A DNA stretch of 64,000 nt, taken from NCBI GenBank assembly GCA_963724295.1, contig CAVRUC010000005.1, forward strand, positions 128,001-192,000, written 5' to 3'. Shown piece by piece: positions 1 through 10,585 of this stretch. The notes below the pieces were generated by a model, which saw nothing but the letters and a program-made list of their open reading frames with translations, was not told the origin of the DNA and made no database searches. Positions within the stretch are counted from its first letter, which is position 1. Each line of letters starts with the position of its first letter. Origin of the DNA: an uncultured Chloroflexia bacterium. Lineage in GTDB: Bacteria; Chloroflexota; Chloroflexia; Thermomicrobiales; UBA6265. Position numbers and translations under genes: made by a program.

Positions 1-791
1 CGGGGATCCTGCGGCGCGGCGTCCCTTCGGTGTCGAGTCCGCAAGTACCGCCCGCGGCAAAGATAATTCTCGAAGCCGCCGCCGAGGTGGGCTCACCGCT
101 CCAGATCGCGGGCCGGGACTGGTCCTGGGACGGGACCTGGCGCTCATTCGAGGCGAAGGGGCCGTGGGGCTCGTTCGCCCATCTCGCGCTCGGCATCCGT
201 GGCCCACATCAGGTCGAGAACGCATGCACCGCGCTTGCGGCGCTGCACATCGTCGACGCGGCAGGCATTCCCGTGTCAGAGGATTCGATCCGCACCGGGC
301 TGGCATCCGCGCGCTGGCCCGGGCGCTTCGAGCAGATCACATTCGCGAACCGAGTTGTCATCTTCGACGGGGCGCACACGCCTGCCGCCGCCGAGGCCCT
401 GGTCGAAGCCTGGCGTGACTCACAGGGCATTGACCGCGCGACGGTCGTCCTGGGCATGGGCGCCGATAAAGATGCGTGCGCCTTCCTTATCGCGCTGCAG
501 CCACTTATCGACCACCTCATCGTCACCCGGGCTGACTCACCTCGCGCCGCCGATGCAGACCTCATCGCACGCGCCGCCGCGGCGCTCGGCATTCCACATG
601 AGATGCAGCCGTCAGTCTCCGCGGCGGTTGACGCCGCCAAGGCGAGAGACCATGGACCAATTCTCATTACCGGGTCCCTCTTCGTCGTTGGCGAAGGGCG
701 GGAAGCCTTCGGACTCGCCGAACCTGATGTCGAATGGCTCGCTCTGAACCGGGCCGCCGCAACCCCAGCCAACACCGACAGCCGGCCATAG
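1..791 (+). CDS. folC: Folylpolyglutamate synthase/dihydrofolate synthase, C-terminal part (5' end outside the window)
   Basis: Motifs HQVENA, WPGRFE, FDGAHT and ITGSLFVVGE are typical of FolC. Confidence 0.9.
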   Translation, partial: GILRRGVPSVSSPQVPPAAKIILEAAAEVGSPLQIAGRDWSWDGTWRSFEAKGPWGSFAHLALGIRGPHQVENACTALAALHIVDAAGIPVSEDSIRTGLASARWPGRFEQITFANRVVIFDGAHTPAAAEALVEAWRDSQGIDRATVVLGMGADKDACAFLIALQPLIDHLIVTRADSPRAADADLIARAAAALGIPHEMQPSVSAAVDAAKARDHGPILITGSLFVVGEGREAFGLAEPDVEWLALNRAAATPANTDSRP

Positions 792-982
792 AAATCGACC
801 GCACCGCAAAGGATTTGGCGGCAATACAGTAGACTGCTGCTCAGCGTCTCCCCGACCCGCAACTGACGCAGGCATTGAGGCGCCCCGCGCTGGCGAGCCG
901 GGCAGCGTCTCGCCGCGCGTCAGAGAAATCCAATCTTGCCGGTTCGACCGTATACACCGTCGAGACCGGCGTGGAGGCTACA

Positions 983-1606
983 GTGGCCATGCCGGCCAGC
1001 GACGAGGTTGGTGTTCCGCCCAACCTCATCGAAGCTAGCGACGCCGACCTGATCGGTCGCGCCGCGCAGGGCGACGCCCGCGCGCTGGAGGTCCTGTACG
1101 AGCGATATTCGGGCGTGGTGTTCTCCTTCGCATTGAGGATTGTCGCCGAGCGACCCCTGGCGGAGGAGATCCTGCAAGAGGCGTTCTTTCGCGCCTGGCA
1201 GCAGGGAGGTAATTTCAGCGCCAGCCGGGGCACATTCATCACCTGGCTGCTGAGCATCACGCACAACCTGTCGATCGACGAGATCCGACGGCGGCGGCGG
1301 CGGCCGCAGAAGGCGGACAGCGAAGAGCCGGAACAGGTCCTCGCCGCGGTACCCGATACCGGGTCAGGCGCGGACGTCGAGGACGAGGTCTGGCTTGGAG
1401 CGTTGCGCGAGACGATTGGCGAAGCGTTGGCAGAATTGCCGCCAGCGCAACGAGAAGCGATTGAGATGGCGTACTTCCGGGGACTGACGCAGCGCGAGAT
1501 CGCCGAGGCGCTGGGTGAGCCGCTGGGAACAATCAAGACGAGGATGCGCCTCGGGCTTCAGAAGCTCAAGGACGCCCTCGGGAGTGACGGAGCAGAGTTG
1601 GCGTGA
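983..1606 (+). CDS. ECF RNA polymerase sigma factor (SigK-like)
   Basis: Region 2 (LYERY..AEEILQEAFFRAW..FITWL) and region 4 (LPPAQREAI..GLTQREIAEALGEPLGTIKTRMRLG). A GTG at 983 follows GGAGG; the ORF track starts at 875. Confidence 0.9.
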   Translation: MAMPASDEVGVPPNLIEASDADLIGRAAQGDARALEVLYERYSGVVFSFALRIVAERPLAEEILQEAFFRAWQQGGNFSASRGTFITWLLSITHNLSIDEIRRRRRRPQKADSEEPEQVLAAVPDTGSGADVEDEVWLGALRETIGEALAELPPAQREAIEMAYFRGLTQREIAEALGEPLGTIKTRMRLGLQKLKDALGSDGAELA

Positions 1607-2583
1607 GCGACGAGCGCGATCTGCAACGTAAGATTCGGCGGACCTACCGGCTGGCCGGAACAGGCAGCCGATCGTTCACGTCGGCCACCGATGATATCGG
1701 GCATGTCGACGACCTGGTCGCCGGTTACGTCCTTGGCGCTCTCGAAGCCGACGAGGCCGCGGCCGTGGACGCGCATGTGCGGACCTGCCCTGCCTGTGAG
1801 CGTTCGCTTGCTGAATCGCAGCGCACCGCGAGCATGCTTCCCTTCATCGTACCGATGCATCAGCCCCCCATCGACAGCAAGGTCGCGCTCTTCGCCCGCG
1901 TGGCCCACACCCGGCGAGCGGCAGCGGAGTCGTCTCTTCCGTTGCATGGCGCCGAAGCCTGGCGCACACCGACCATCCCCAGTTCTGCGGGCGTCGCACT
2001 GGCGCACGCGGGGCACGACAGCTTGTCTTCGACGGCAACAACGGTGCCCACCTCGCGGGGATCGCGCAGCGGCTGGCTCGTTTCGGTCTTGTCCGTTCCG
2101 CTATTGATCGCCCTGGTGGCCACGGGATTCTGGGGGCTTCAACTCCAGAATCGGCTGTCGAGCCAGAGCTCGCAGCTCGCCGAGCTCCAGTCCGAACTGG
2201 CCAATTTTGGCTCAGGGACGACGTCGTACCCGCTTTCGCCCGGATACGAAGCACCGCAGGCGGAGGGCGAGCTCGTCATCGGTTCCGATGGCCGGGCCGG
2301 GATGCTTCAGATCGACGTGAATAGCAAAGACGCGGCGGGCGAATACGAGCTACTGGTCAACCAGGACGGAAAGCTGGTTCCGGCCGCTGAATTCACTGTC
2401 GGCCGGGATGGCAAGGGGCAGGCTCGCTTCGAGCTGGATCAGCCATTTGGCGACTATGAGAGCGTTCACATCCGGGCCAAGGCCCTCGATCCGGACCAGG
2501 CCGGGACGCAAACCGACACTCTGGTTCGTGACAGCAGCGGGGCGCTCGGCTCCACCGGATCCGGACTCGAGCTCAATCCGTAG
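1603..2583 (+). CDS. Membrane-anchored zinc-finger anti-sigma factor (RskA-like)
   Basis: HxxxCxxC ZAS motif (HVRTCPAC), one TM helix and a C-terminal extracellular domain. Overlaps the sigma gene by 4 bp. Confidence 0.85.
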   Translation: MSDERDLQRKIRRTYRLAGTGSRSFTSATDDIGHVDDLVAGYVLGALEADEAAAVDAHVRTCPACERSLAESQRTASMLPFIVPMHQPPIDSKVALFARVAHTRRAAAESSLPLHGAEAWRTPTIPSSAGVALAHAGHDSLSSTATTVPTSRGSRSGWLVSVLSVPLLIALVATGFWGLQLQNRLSSQSSQLAELQSELANFGSGTTSYPLSPGYEAPQAEGELVIGSDGRAGMLQIDVNSKDAAGEYELLVNQDGKLVPAAEFTVGRDGKGQARFELDQPFGDYESVHIRAKALDPDQAGTQTDTLVRDSSGALGSTGSGLELNP

Positions 2584-2679
2584 AAGTCATTCACCCAATA
2601 CAGATCTTCCGGCGGGCGATCGAACGATCGCTCGCTTCCGTGTTTCCCGATGCGATCGTGGAACCGCGCGTTTCACCCT

Positions 2680-2708
2680 TTGCCTACCGGCACCCGACAG
2701 GGTATGAT
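2680..2708 (+). promoter_or_regulatory. Sigma70-type promoter of lon
   Basis: TTGCCT-N17-TATGAT, about 110 bp upstream of the lon ATG. Confidence 0.55.
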
Positions 2709-2815
2709 CATGACCCCGCTACCATGAGTGGGCGAGAGTGCCCCGTGGGCTTGGCTCGCCGGACCGACGCGATTCGTCCCGCGGAGGGGCTATTCCGCAT
2801 GCAAAGCACATTGGC

Positions 2816-5287
2816 ATGAGCACGGTGGATCCTCGGGAGGAGTTCCAGGACCGGCATCCGCTCCTGCCGCTGAAAAACGTCGTCGTCTTCCCGCGCAATG
2901 TCGTTACCCTGCTCGTTGGACGACCCCGCTCGGTACGCGCGGTCGATCACGCTCTGGCCTCCGACCGGCGACTGATCGTGACCGCTCACCGTGATCCCGA
3001 TGCTGACGATCCCCGACCCGAGGATCTCCATCACATCGGCACGCTCGTGGCGATCGTCTCGTCCGAACGCCAATCGGCCGGAAACGTGCAGGTCGTCCTG
3101 GAGGGCATAAGCCGCGTCCAGATCAGCGATTTTGCGAACCAGCCCGGGTTTTTCACCGTCGTCGCCGAGCCGTTCGACGAACCCGAGGCGCCTGCGCCAG
3201 AGGCACGGGCCCTCATTGCGCACGTCCAGAACCTGGCCCATCGCTTCGCCGAGGCGCGCGGCGCACTTCCCGTCGAAGTCCAGGACATGGTCCACCGCGC
3301 GTCCGACCCCAGCCATCTTGCCGATCTCTTGGCGACCCAGCTCCTGACCGACGTCTCCCGCCGCCAGGCTCTGCTCGAGATCGCGGATCCTTTACGCCGC
3401 TTGGAGCATGTCGCCGTTCACCTCTCCGCCGAGATCGAAGTCGCCGCGCTCGAGCGGCGCATCAAAGACCGTGTGCGAGACCAGATCGACCGTAACCAGC
3501 GCGAGTACTACCTCCGCGAGCAGCTCAAGGCGATCCACGACGAGCTCGGCGGCGAGAACGGCAGCGAGTTCGACCAGCTCCGAGCCAGGATTGCCGAGCG
3601 CGGCATGCCCGTTGAAGTCGAAGACCGGGTGCTCAAGGAGGTCAATCGTCTGGAGCGGATGCCCGGCGTCTCTGCCGAAGCGACAGTCGTCAGAACGTAT
3701 CTCGACACCATCCTGGCGCTCCCGTGGCGGGAATCGAGCGAAGATCAACTGGATCTCGTCGAAGCTGAGCGCATCCTGGATGCCGACCACTTTGGCCTGG
3801 AAACAGTCAAGGAACGGATTCTCGATTTTCTCGCCGTGCGCAAGCTTACGATCGATGCCACGGCGCGCGGCGCAACGCAGATCCTCTGTCTGGTGGGTCC
3901 CCCGGGTGTCGGCAAGACGAGTCTTGGCCGCTCCATCGCCACCGCGATGGGCCGCGAGTTCGTGCGCGTCAGCCTGGGCGGCGTGCGCGATGAGGCGGAG
4001 ATCCGGGGGCACCGTCGCACCTACATCGGCGCCATGCCTGGCCGGATCATCTCTGCCATGAAGCAGGCCGGAACCGTGAACCCGGTGGTGCTCCTCGACG
4101 AGATCGACAAGCTCTCGTCGGACTACCGCGGTGATCCCGCGTCTGCCATGCTCGAGGTTCTTGACCCGGAGCAAAACCGGACCTTCAGCGATCATTTTCT
4201 TGACCTGCCCTACGACCTCTCGCACGTTCTCTTTCTGACTACCGCGAACAACATGGCGCCGGTGCCGCGCCCGCTACGCGACCGGATGGAAGTCATTGAG
4301 ATCCCGGGCTACAGCGAAGAGGAAAAGGTCGAGATCGGTCGCAAGCATCTGCTGACGAAGCAGCTTGCGGCTCATGGGCTGAATGCCAAGTCGATCTCGA
4401 TCCCGTCCCGCACCTGGGTGCGGCTCGTTCGCGACTACACCCGTGAGGCCGGCGTCCGGCAGCTCGAGCGCGAGATCGCGGCAATATGCCGGAGAGTGGC
4501 GCGCGACGTAGTTCGCGGCAAGAGCGAACGCGTGAGACTCACCGACGCCCGCCTCACCGATTACCTCGGTCCGACGCGGTTTGGTCAGGATCTCCATCTC
4601 GGGGAAGATCAGATTGGGCTGGCGATTGGGCTGGGGGTCACCGAGGTCGGCGGAGAGCTGCTTCCGGTCGAAGTGGCCACCATGCCCGGCAAAGGTCACC
4701 TCACGATCACCGGCAAGGCCGGAGACGTGATGCAGGAGTCTGCCCACGCCGCGGTCTCGTATGCTCGCTCTCGAGCCGAGCAGCTACAGATCGATCCCGA
4801 GTTTCAGTCGTCGCTCGACCTGCATATCCACCTGCCGGAAGGAGCGACCCCAAAGGACGGTCCTTCCGCCGGCATCACCATGGCGACGGCCCTGATCTCG
4901 GCATTGGTGCGACGCCCGGTGCGCGGTGATACAGCCATGACGGGCGAGATCACCTTGCGCGGCCGTGTGCTCGCCATCGGCGGGTTCCGCGAGAAAGCGC
5001 TCGCCGCGCACCGGCACGGTATCCGCCGCCTGATTGCGCCTCAGGAGAACATGCGCGATCTGGCGAAGCTACCCGCGGCCGTGAACCGCGAGATGGAGAT
5101 CATCTTCGCGGCAAGCATGGATCAAGTGATCGCCGCGGCGATCTGTCTCGATGACGTTCAGGTCGGTGGCCTGCTGGAAGGCATCGAACCCGCCACCTCG
5201 ATTCCGATTCCAGATGCCGTGGCCGCGGTGACCGCAGATTCGGTCACGATCAACGTGAACGACGAAGGCACCGTCAGCGGCCCCTGA
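2816..5287 (+). CDS. lon: ATP-dependent Lon protease
   Basis: N-domain [13 protein letters not shown], Walker [20 protein letters not shown] and catalytic PKDGPSAG. Confidence 0.97.
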   Translation: MSTVDPREEFQDRHPLLPLKNVVVFPRNVVTLLVGRPRSVRAVDHALASDRRLIVTAHRDPDADDPRPEDLHHIGTLVAIVSSERQSAGNVQVVLEGISRVQISDFANQPGFFTVVAEPFDEPEAPAPEARALIAHVQNLAHRFAEARGALPVEVQDMVHRASDPSHLADLLATQLLTDVSRRQALLEIADPLRRLEHVAVHLSAEIEVAALERRIKDRVRDQIDRNQREYYLREQLKAIHDELGGENGSEFDQLRARIAERGMPVEVEDRVLKEVNRLERMPGVSAEATVVRTYLDTILALPWRESSEDQLDLVEAERILDADHFGLETVKERILDFLAVRKLTIDATARGATQILCLVGPPGVGKTSLGRSIATAMGREFVRVSLGGVRDEAEIRGHRRTYIGAMPGRIISAMKQAGTVNPVVLLDEIDKLSSDYRGDPASAMLEVLDPEQNRTFSDHFLDLPYDLSHVLFLTTANNMAPVPRPLRDRMEVIEIPGYSEEEKVEIGRKHLLTKQLAAHGLNAKSISIPSRTWVRLVRDYTREAGVRQLEREIAAICRRVARDVVRGKSERVRLTDARLTDYLGPTRFGQDLHLGEDQIGLAIGLGVTEVGGELLPVEVATMPGKGHLTITGKAGDVMQESAHAAVSYARSRAEQLQIDPEFQSSLDLHIHLPEGATPKDGPSAGITMATALISALVRRPVRGDTAMTGEITLRGRVLAIGGFREKALAAHRHGIRRLIAPQENMRDLAKLPAAVNREMEIIFAASMDQVIAAAICLDDVQVGGLLEGIEPATSIPIPDAVAAVTADSVTINVNDEGTVSGP

Positions 5288-5354
5288 AGCCCTCCGCGAT
5301 GCTCGGAGCATGGATCAGAAGTCGCGCCAAGCTGAATAACGAGTCAGCGCAAGC

Positions 5355-5440
5355 GTGTTCCGAGGCACGTGGAATCTCGTCGTGGGTCACGGTTATGCGC
5401 GTACGACGAGATTCTTCGCCTGCACGCTCGGTATGACACC
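5355..5440. repeat. REP-like palindromic element between convergent lon and recJ
   Basis: Perfect 12-bp IR GAATCTCGTCGT (5372-5383) / ACGACGAGATTC (5403-5414), with a flanking ...CTCGGTATGACA arm. Confidence 0.6.
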
Positions 5441-5566
5441 GTAACGGTCTAGCTGCTGCCCTCAGGACCGAAATGGAACGCGTCTGTTACGCCTCGGTCG
5501 CCAGGCGCAGACGGGAATGCGCACGGCCGCTGGCACCTCAGCATGTCACGTGGTTCGCACGACGAT

Positions 5567-7327
5567 CTAGCCGGTGCCGCACCGGAAATCGGAGAGGCGC
5601 ATCTGCACCCGCGATGCCCCGTTCCAGAAATTCGTCTCCAGGACCCCGACCAGATCGATGTGCCGCGCTCCGATGAGCTCCTGCGATCGACTGGCGCCGC
5701 TCCAGAGGATCGCCTCCACCGGACCGGCCTGACCCGCCGTCAGAATCTTCAAGTGCTGCTTCTCGCGTCCCATCGCCGTGTAACCCCGGATCGGTACCTG
5801 GAGAACGCGCAGCATTGGCACCGGATTTCCTTCGCCAAAGGGACCGAGGCTCTGAATGAGGCGGGCCACATCGAGCTTGAGCCGCGCCGGCTCCAGGTCC
5901 GCATCGATCGTGATGCGCGGTGGCCCGGGTGGACTCGCGGCGGATTCGGCGATCGCGCTTTGCAACGCGTCGTCGAGCTCTGCGACCTTCCTCGCCTCGA
6001 GAGCAAGCCCGGCGGCGCGTTCGTGCCCGCCGTGCCGGATCAGCAAGGGACTGGCAGCCGACAGCGCGCTCGTGATGTCGAAGCCCGGCACCGATCGGGC
6101 GGATCCGTGCGCAACCCCGTCGTGGACGGTCAATACGATAACTGGCCGGTCATGGCGCTCGGCCAGCTTGCTTGCCGCGAGTCCGACGATCCCCGGCTCC
6201 CATCCCGATCCGGAAAAAACGAGCACACGACGATCGAGCTTGCTCGGATTGGCCTCCAGCTCGCTTTCGATTTCGCGCACGACGCGATCCTGGAGCAGTT
6301 TGCGGCGCTGATTCGCCTGCTCCGCCTGCTCGGCGAGCACGTTCGGCTTGCCTCGGGTCACGAGTGACGAGCAGCTCGTAGGCCGGTCTCGGATCGTCGA
6401 GGCGCCCCGGCGCATTCAGGCGCGGCGACACCTGGAAGGCGATCTCAGTGCTCGACAAAGTCCTAGCGTCGATGCCGGCAGAATCGCAGAGAGCGCGCAC
6501 ACCAGGACGTGGATCCTGGCGAAGGCGGCGCAATCCGTCACGGACGAGGGCGCGATTGACGCCGTTCAGGGCCGAGACATCCCCGATGAGACCGATCATG
6601 GCCAGGTCGAGGAGACTCGTCGGCTCCTCGCCCACCCCGTCTCCCGAGTCGAATCCGTCACGGGCAAGCGCTGTCGCCAGCAGATAGGCCACTCCGGCAG
6701 CGGAGACGTTCCTGTACGGCGCATCCTCACGCAGCTGAGCGGAGGCGACGATGGCATGCGCTGGTGGAGGGTCAGTGATCCGGTGGTGATCGAGCACGAC
6801 AACGTCCATGCCCAGCTGCCGCGCGCGGTCCACGGCCTCATGGTCCTTGCTGCCGCAGTCGACGGCGACCACCAGGCGCGCGCCAGCGGCCGCGAGGTCC
6901 TCGATCCCCAGCGTGCTTAACCCATACCCCTCCTGTCGCCGCGGCAAGCGAACCGCAACCGGCTGCGCGCCACCGCTGGCGGCGCGCAGGGCGTGCGTCA
7001 GCAGCGCCGACGATGTGACGCCATCAGTGTCGTAGTCCCCAAAAACGCCGATCGGCTCCCCCGGCGCAGCGCCGCCGCAATGCGTTCCGCGGCCTCGGTC
7101 ATCCCCGGCAACAGATGCGGGTCGGGCGCGGTCCTTTCATCGGCATTGAGGAAGTCCACGGCCTCGGCGGCATCGGCCAATCGCCGCGCCAGGATGGCAT
7201 GGATAAGTGGATCGCTGTGGAACTCTGGCAGGCCATCACGCAGCGGGGCCGGCTCGATCCAGATACTGGACGAGGCGGGCCCACGGCCCATCGAGCGTTG
7301 CGGTGATACTTCGCGTACGTACGTCAT
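5567..7327 (-). CDS. recJ: ssDNA-specific exonuclease RecJ (split by about 2 frameshifts)
   Basis: Three consecutive frames give DPHLLPGM..AAERI, EGYGLS..AVDCG..LDHH..PRLNAPGRL and GSARS..GGHERAAG..GPFGEGNP. Start is uncertain. Confidence 0.9.
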
Positions 7328-7415
7328 CTTGCTGCACCTGAGTATAATGCGCGCGGGAGAGGTTCCGGCGTGCGCGGGTGACTGCTGTGCGCCGGTAGGG
7401 GTTCTGGGGGAGAAG

Positions 7416-8612
7416 ATGGGGAACGGGCTGCGGGCGCGCGCCGGATACCGGCGTGCGTGGGGTCTACGACCGGTCGCCGTGACCGCGATCGTCTTGATGC
7501 TGGCGACGATTCTCACCCCAGTTCCGGCGTCGGCCCAAGAATGGTCCGCCCCACGAACGGTCTATGTTCCCAGCACCGGACACACAACTGACGGGCTGTT
7601 CCTCGACCTCTGGCGGGCTGAGCCGGCTCTGCTTGGTGATCCCGTCACCGAAGAGGTCCGAGGGCGAACCGATTTCACCGACACCGGAGATGCTGGCGTC
7701 ATCCAATATTACGAGAACGTCGCGCTGGTCTACCTTCCTGACGAGGAACCCGGGAATCAGGTCCAGCTGGTCGACCTGGGACGCCAGGTGCTCGAAGAGG
7801 CCAAGTCGGCCGGCACCTCACAGGCGCTGCAGCGAGCGCTCGAGCGCTCGGTATGTGCTCCGGCAAGCGCCGGCGGCTGTGTCAATGTCGTGGCATCCGG
7901 TCACACGGTGCGCGGTCCGTTCCTTGAGCGGTGGCAAACCGGTGATTCGGCCAGATGGCTTGGGCTCCCACTCACTGAGTCGTTCATCGCACCCGACGGA
8001 ACCCGCATCCAGTACTTCGAGAAGGGCATCTTGCGCCAAACCGCGGCAGCGGAAGTCGAGCCGCTGCCGCTCGGCAGTATCGCGGCGAAACGAGCCAAAC
8101 TGGACGTCGAACCGATTGAACGGCCCCAGGACGTCCCCGTTTACGACGAGGAACTCTTCATCCCTCCGCCGGATGCAACACCAGTCGACACGGGGATTCC
8201 GGATTGGGGATTTGGACCCGGGCCGCAGCAAGGCGCCTGGAAAGAGGTCGTCGTCTCCATCTCGGCTCAAATGATGTGGGCATACGAAGACGGCGCGGTG
8301 GTGATGTCATCCCTCGTCAGTACCGGCACAGCCGAGGTACCCGAGACGACCACACCGGTTGGGTACCACTCCGTCCTCGCCAAGTTCGACGCGCAGACCA
8401 TGGAAGGCACCATCAGCGGCGAGTACTACCGCGTCGAAGCCGTTCCCTACGTCATGTACTTCGACAACAACGGAAACGCGATCCACGGAACTTATTGGCA
8501 CTCGAACTTCGGCGCGCCGATGAGTCATGGCTGCGTCAACTTGCCAATGGACATCGCGGCGTGGATGTACGGCTGGGCAGAACTGGGAACCGCGGTCAGC
8601 GTGATCTCGTAG
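7416..8612 (+). CDS. Secreted L,D-transpeptidase (YkuD family) with TGHT-type N-terminal repeats
   Basis: Signal peptide, two TGHT/SGHT..LGxP..QYYE/QYFE repeats and the catalytic HGTYWH..SHGCVN motif. Confidence 0.9.
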   Translation: MGNGLRARAGYRRAWGLRPVAVTAIVLMLATILTPVPASAQEWSAPRTVYVPSTGHTTDGLFLDLWRAEPALLGDPVTEEVRGRTDFTDTGDAGVIQYYENVALVYLPDEEPGNQVQLVDLGRQVLEEAKSAGTSQALQRALERSVCAPASAGGCVNVVASGHTVRGPFLERWQTGDSARWLGLPLTESFIAPDGTRIQYFEKGILRQTAAAEVEPLPLGSIAAKRAKLDVEPIERPQDVPVYDEELFIPPPDATPVDTGIPDWGFGPGPQQGAWKEVVVSISAQMMWAYEDGAVVMSSLVSTGTAEVPETTTPVGYHSVLAKFDAQTMEGTISGEYYRVEAVPYVMYFDNNGNAIHGTYWHSNFGAPMSHGCVNLPMDIAAWMYGWAELGTAVSVIS

Positions 8613-8640
8613 GACCAGGCAATCCGCTTTTCATTTCGGA

Positions 8641-8669
8641 TTGACAATGGATCGCTGCTCGGCTAGCTT
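8641..8669 (+). promoter_or_regulatory. Sigma70-type promoter of oppA1
   Basis: TTGACA-N17-TAGCTT upstream of the ATG at 8728. Confidence 0.55.
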
Positions 8670-8727
8670 GCATGTCCCCTGGGACAGTGCGCGTTCCAGG
8701 AGCGTGAATTGCGACTGGAGGGAGCTC

Positions 8728-10411
8728 ATGCCCCGCGTGTCTCACTACTGGGTGAAGCTCGCCGCGATTGTGGCGGTCTTGGCACTCATAGTTCCATTGC
8801 TCACGACCGGAATCTCCGCTCAAGAGGGCGGCAAGGTCTTACGGGTCCACCAGGACACCTACCCTGACGTCGTCGATCCGCAGAAAAGCTCCTTCGCCAT
8901 CGAGATCGCGGTGCTCGCTCTTCCCTACGAGGGACTCACCCGTCTTGACACCAACCAGGAAACCGTACCGGCTGCCGCCGAATCCTGGGAATATAATGAG
9001 GACGCCACTCAAATCACCTTCCATCTCCGCCCCGACCTCAAGTACAGCGATGGGTCCCCGCTGACCGCTGAAAACTTCCGTTACGCCGTGGAACGAACGT
9101 GCGACCCGGTTACGGCAGGCGAATATCAGTCGATTCTCTTCGAGATCGTCGGCTGCGCCGAGTTCGCCGGACTCTCTGCTGACGAGGCGGGCGAGCCCGT
9201 CGAATACACGCCGGAGGAGTACGAGGCGGCAAGGGCCGCACTCGGCGCCAGGGCTGTTGACGACCAGACGCTCCAGCTCGACCTGACCAACCCCGCGCCC
9301 TACTATCACACCCTCGCCTACACCTGGGTCTTCTACCCGGTCAAGAAGGAGATGGTGGACAAAGATCCGGACAACTGGTGGAAGTCGGCCGAAAATCACA
9401 TCGGCAACGGCCCGTTCAAGGTCACCGGCATCGACGAGGACCAGCGGTGGACGTTCGAGGCCAACGACAACTACTGGCAGGGGCGGCCGCTGCTCGATGG
9501 CATTGAGTTCGTCTACATCGAGGATGCCACGGTAGCTCTCGAGGCGTACCGCGCTGGCGACCTCGACATGGCCACGATCGAGGCGCCGCAGATCCCCGAG
9601 GTTCAGGCGGACCAGGAGCTGTCCGAACAGTTTGTCAGCTATCCGCTTGCCGCGACATACAACCTGGCCATGAACCTTACCCAGGAGCCCTTCACCGATA
9701 AGAAGGTCCGTGAGGCGTTTGCTTACGCAATGGACCGCGAAACGCTGTGCAGCTGAGATCCGCTCCGGCAACTGCGTCCCGACACTCACCTGGATCCCGC
9801 CAGGCATCGCTGGAGCCGTCGAAACCGACAAGTACGGCTTCGACCCGGAGGCGGCTGTCCAGGCCCTCGCCGAATCCTCGTACGGCGGACCTGAGGGACT
9901 GCCTGAGATCACCATCGTCTACAACAGTGACATTTCCGGCCGAGCCGAAGAGGTGGAGTGGATTGCGGGGGAGATTCGCGACATTCTCGGCGTCGAGCTT
10001 ACGATCGAGCCTGTTGACGGCACGACACAGATCGCACTCCGCAAGGATGTCACAACCCATCCCCAACTCCTGTATTTCGGGGGCTGGATCCAGGATTACC
10101 CCGATCCTCAAAACTGGCTCAGCGTCTTTTGGACCTGCGACGCAACCTTCGCCCAGCGCGTGGGGTACTGCAACGAGGAGTTCGACGCGCTTACCGATCA
10201 GGGCGACACCACGATCGACCCCGACGAGCGCATTACCTTCTACGAGCAGGCCGGTCAGATTCTGATCGACGATGTACCCGGTCCGTTCCTCTTCAACGAC
10301 ATTGGCAACTTCGTCGTCAAGCCGAACGTCACGGGGTACACGCCAACCGCCACCGAAGTGCAGTGGCCCGGCCAAATGTCTTCCCTGATGACGCTCGACA
10401 AGACGGAATAA
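8728..10411 (+). CDS. oppA: Oligopeptide ABC transporter substrate-binding protein, copy 1 (frameshift near 9750)
   Basis: Family-5 SBP motifs (YEGLTRL, GNGPF, WIQDYPDP). Colinear with copy 2 once one extra base near 9751 is removed. Confidence 0.88.
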
Positions 10412-10431
10412 CCGCACCGGCATGATGACGT

Positions 10432-10468
10432 GGGGCGCCCTGATAATCAGGGCGCCCCGTTCATTTCT
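10432..10468 (+). terminator. Intrinsic terminator or stem-loop after oppA1
   Basis: IR GGGGCGCCCTGAT / ATCAGGGCGCCCC followed by GTTCATTTCT. Confidence 0.7.
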
Positions 10469-10495
10469 GGTGCTTGGTCGCGAGATTCCCGTCAA

Positions 10496-10524
10496 TTGAC
10501 GTGATTCCGGCACTTCGGTACGGT
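10496..10524 (+). promoter_or_regulatory. Sigma70-type promoter of oppA2
   Basis: TTGACG-N17-TACGGT upstream of GAGGAG and the ATG at 10586. Confidence 0.45.
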
Positions 10525-10585
10525 TCCTGCGAACAACAGCGCGTAACTCGATCGGGCTCTTTGGTCGGGACAGAGGAGAGAACCG

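Noticed and set aside
9745..9760. UGA in oppA1 as a selenocysteine codon
   Set aside because: The downstream homology to oppA2 is in a different frame, so this is an indel and not read-through.
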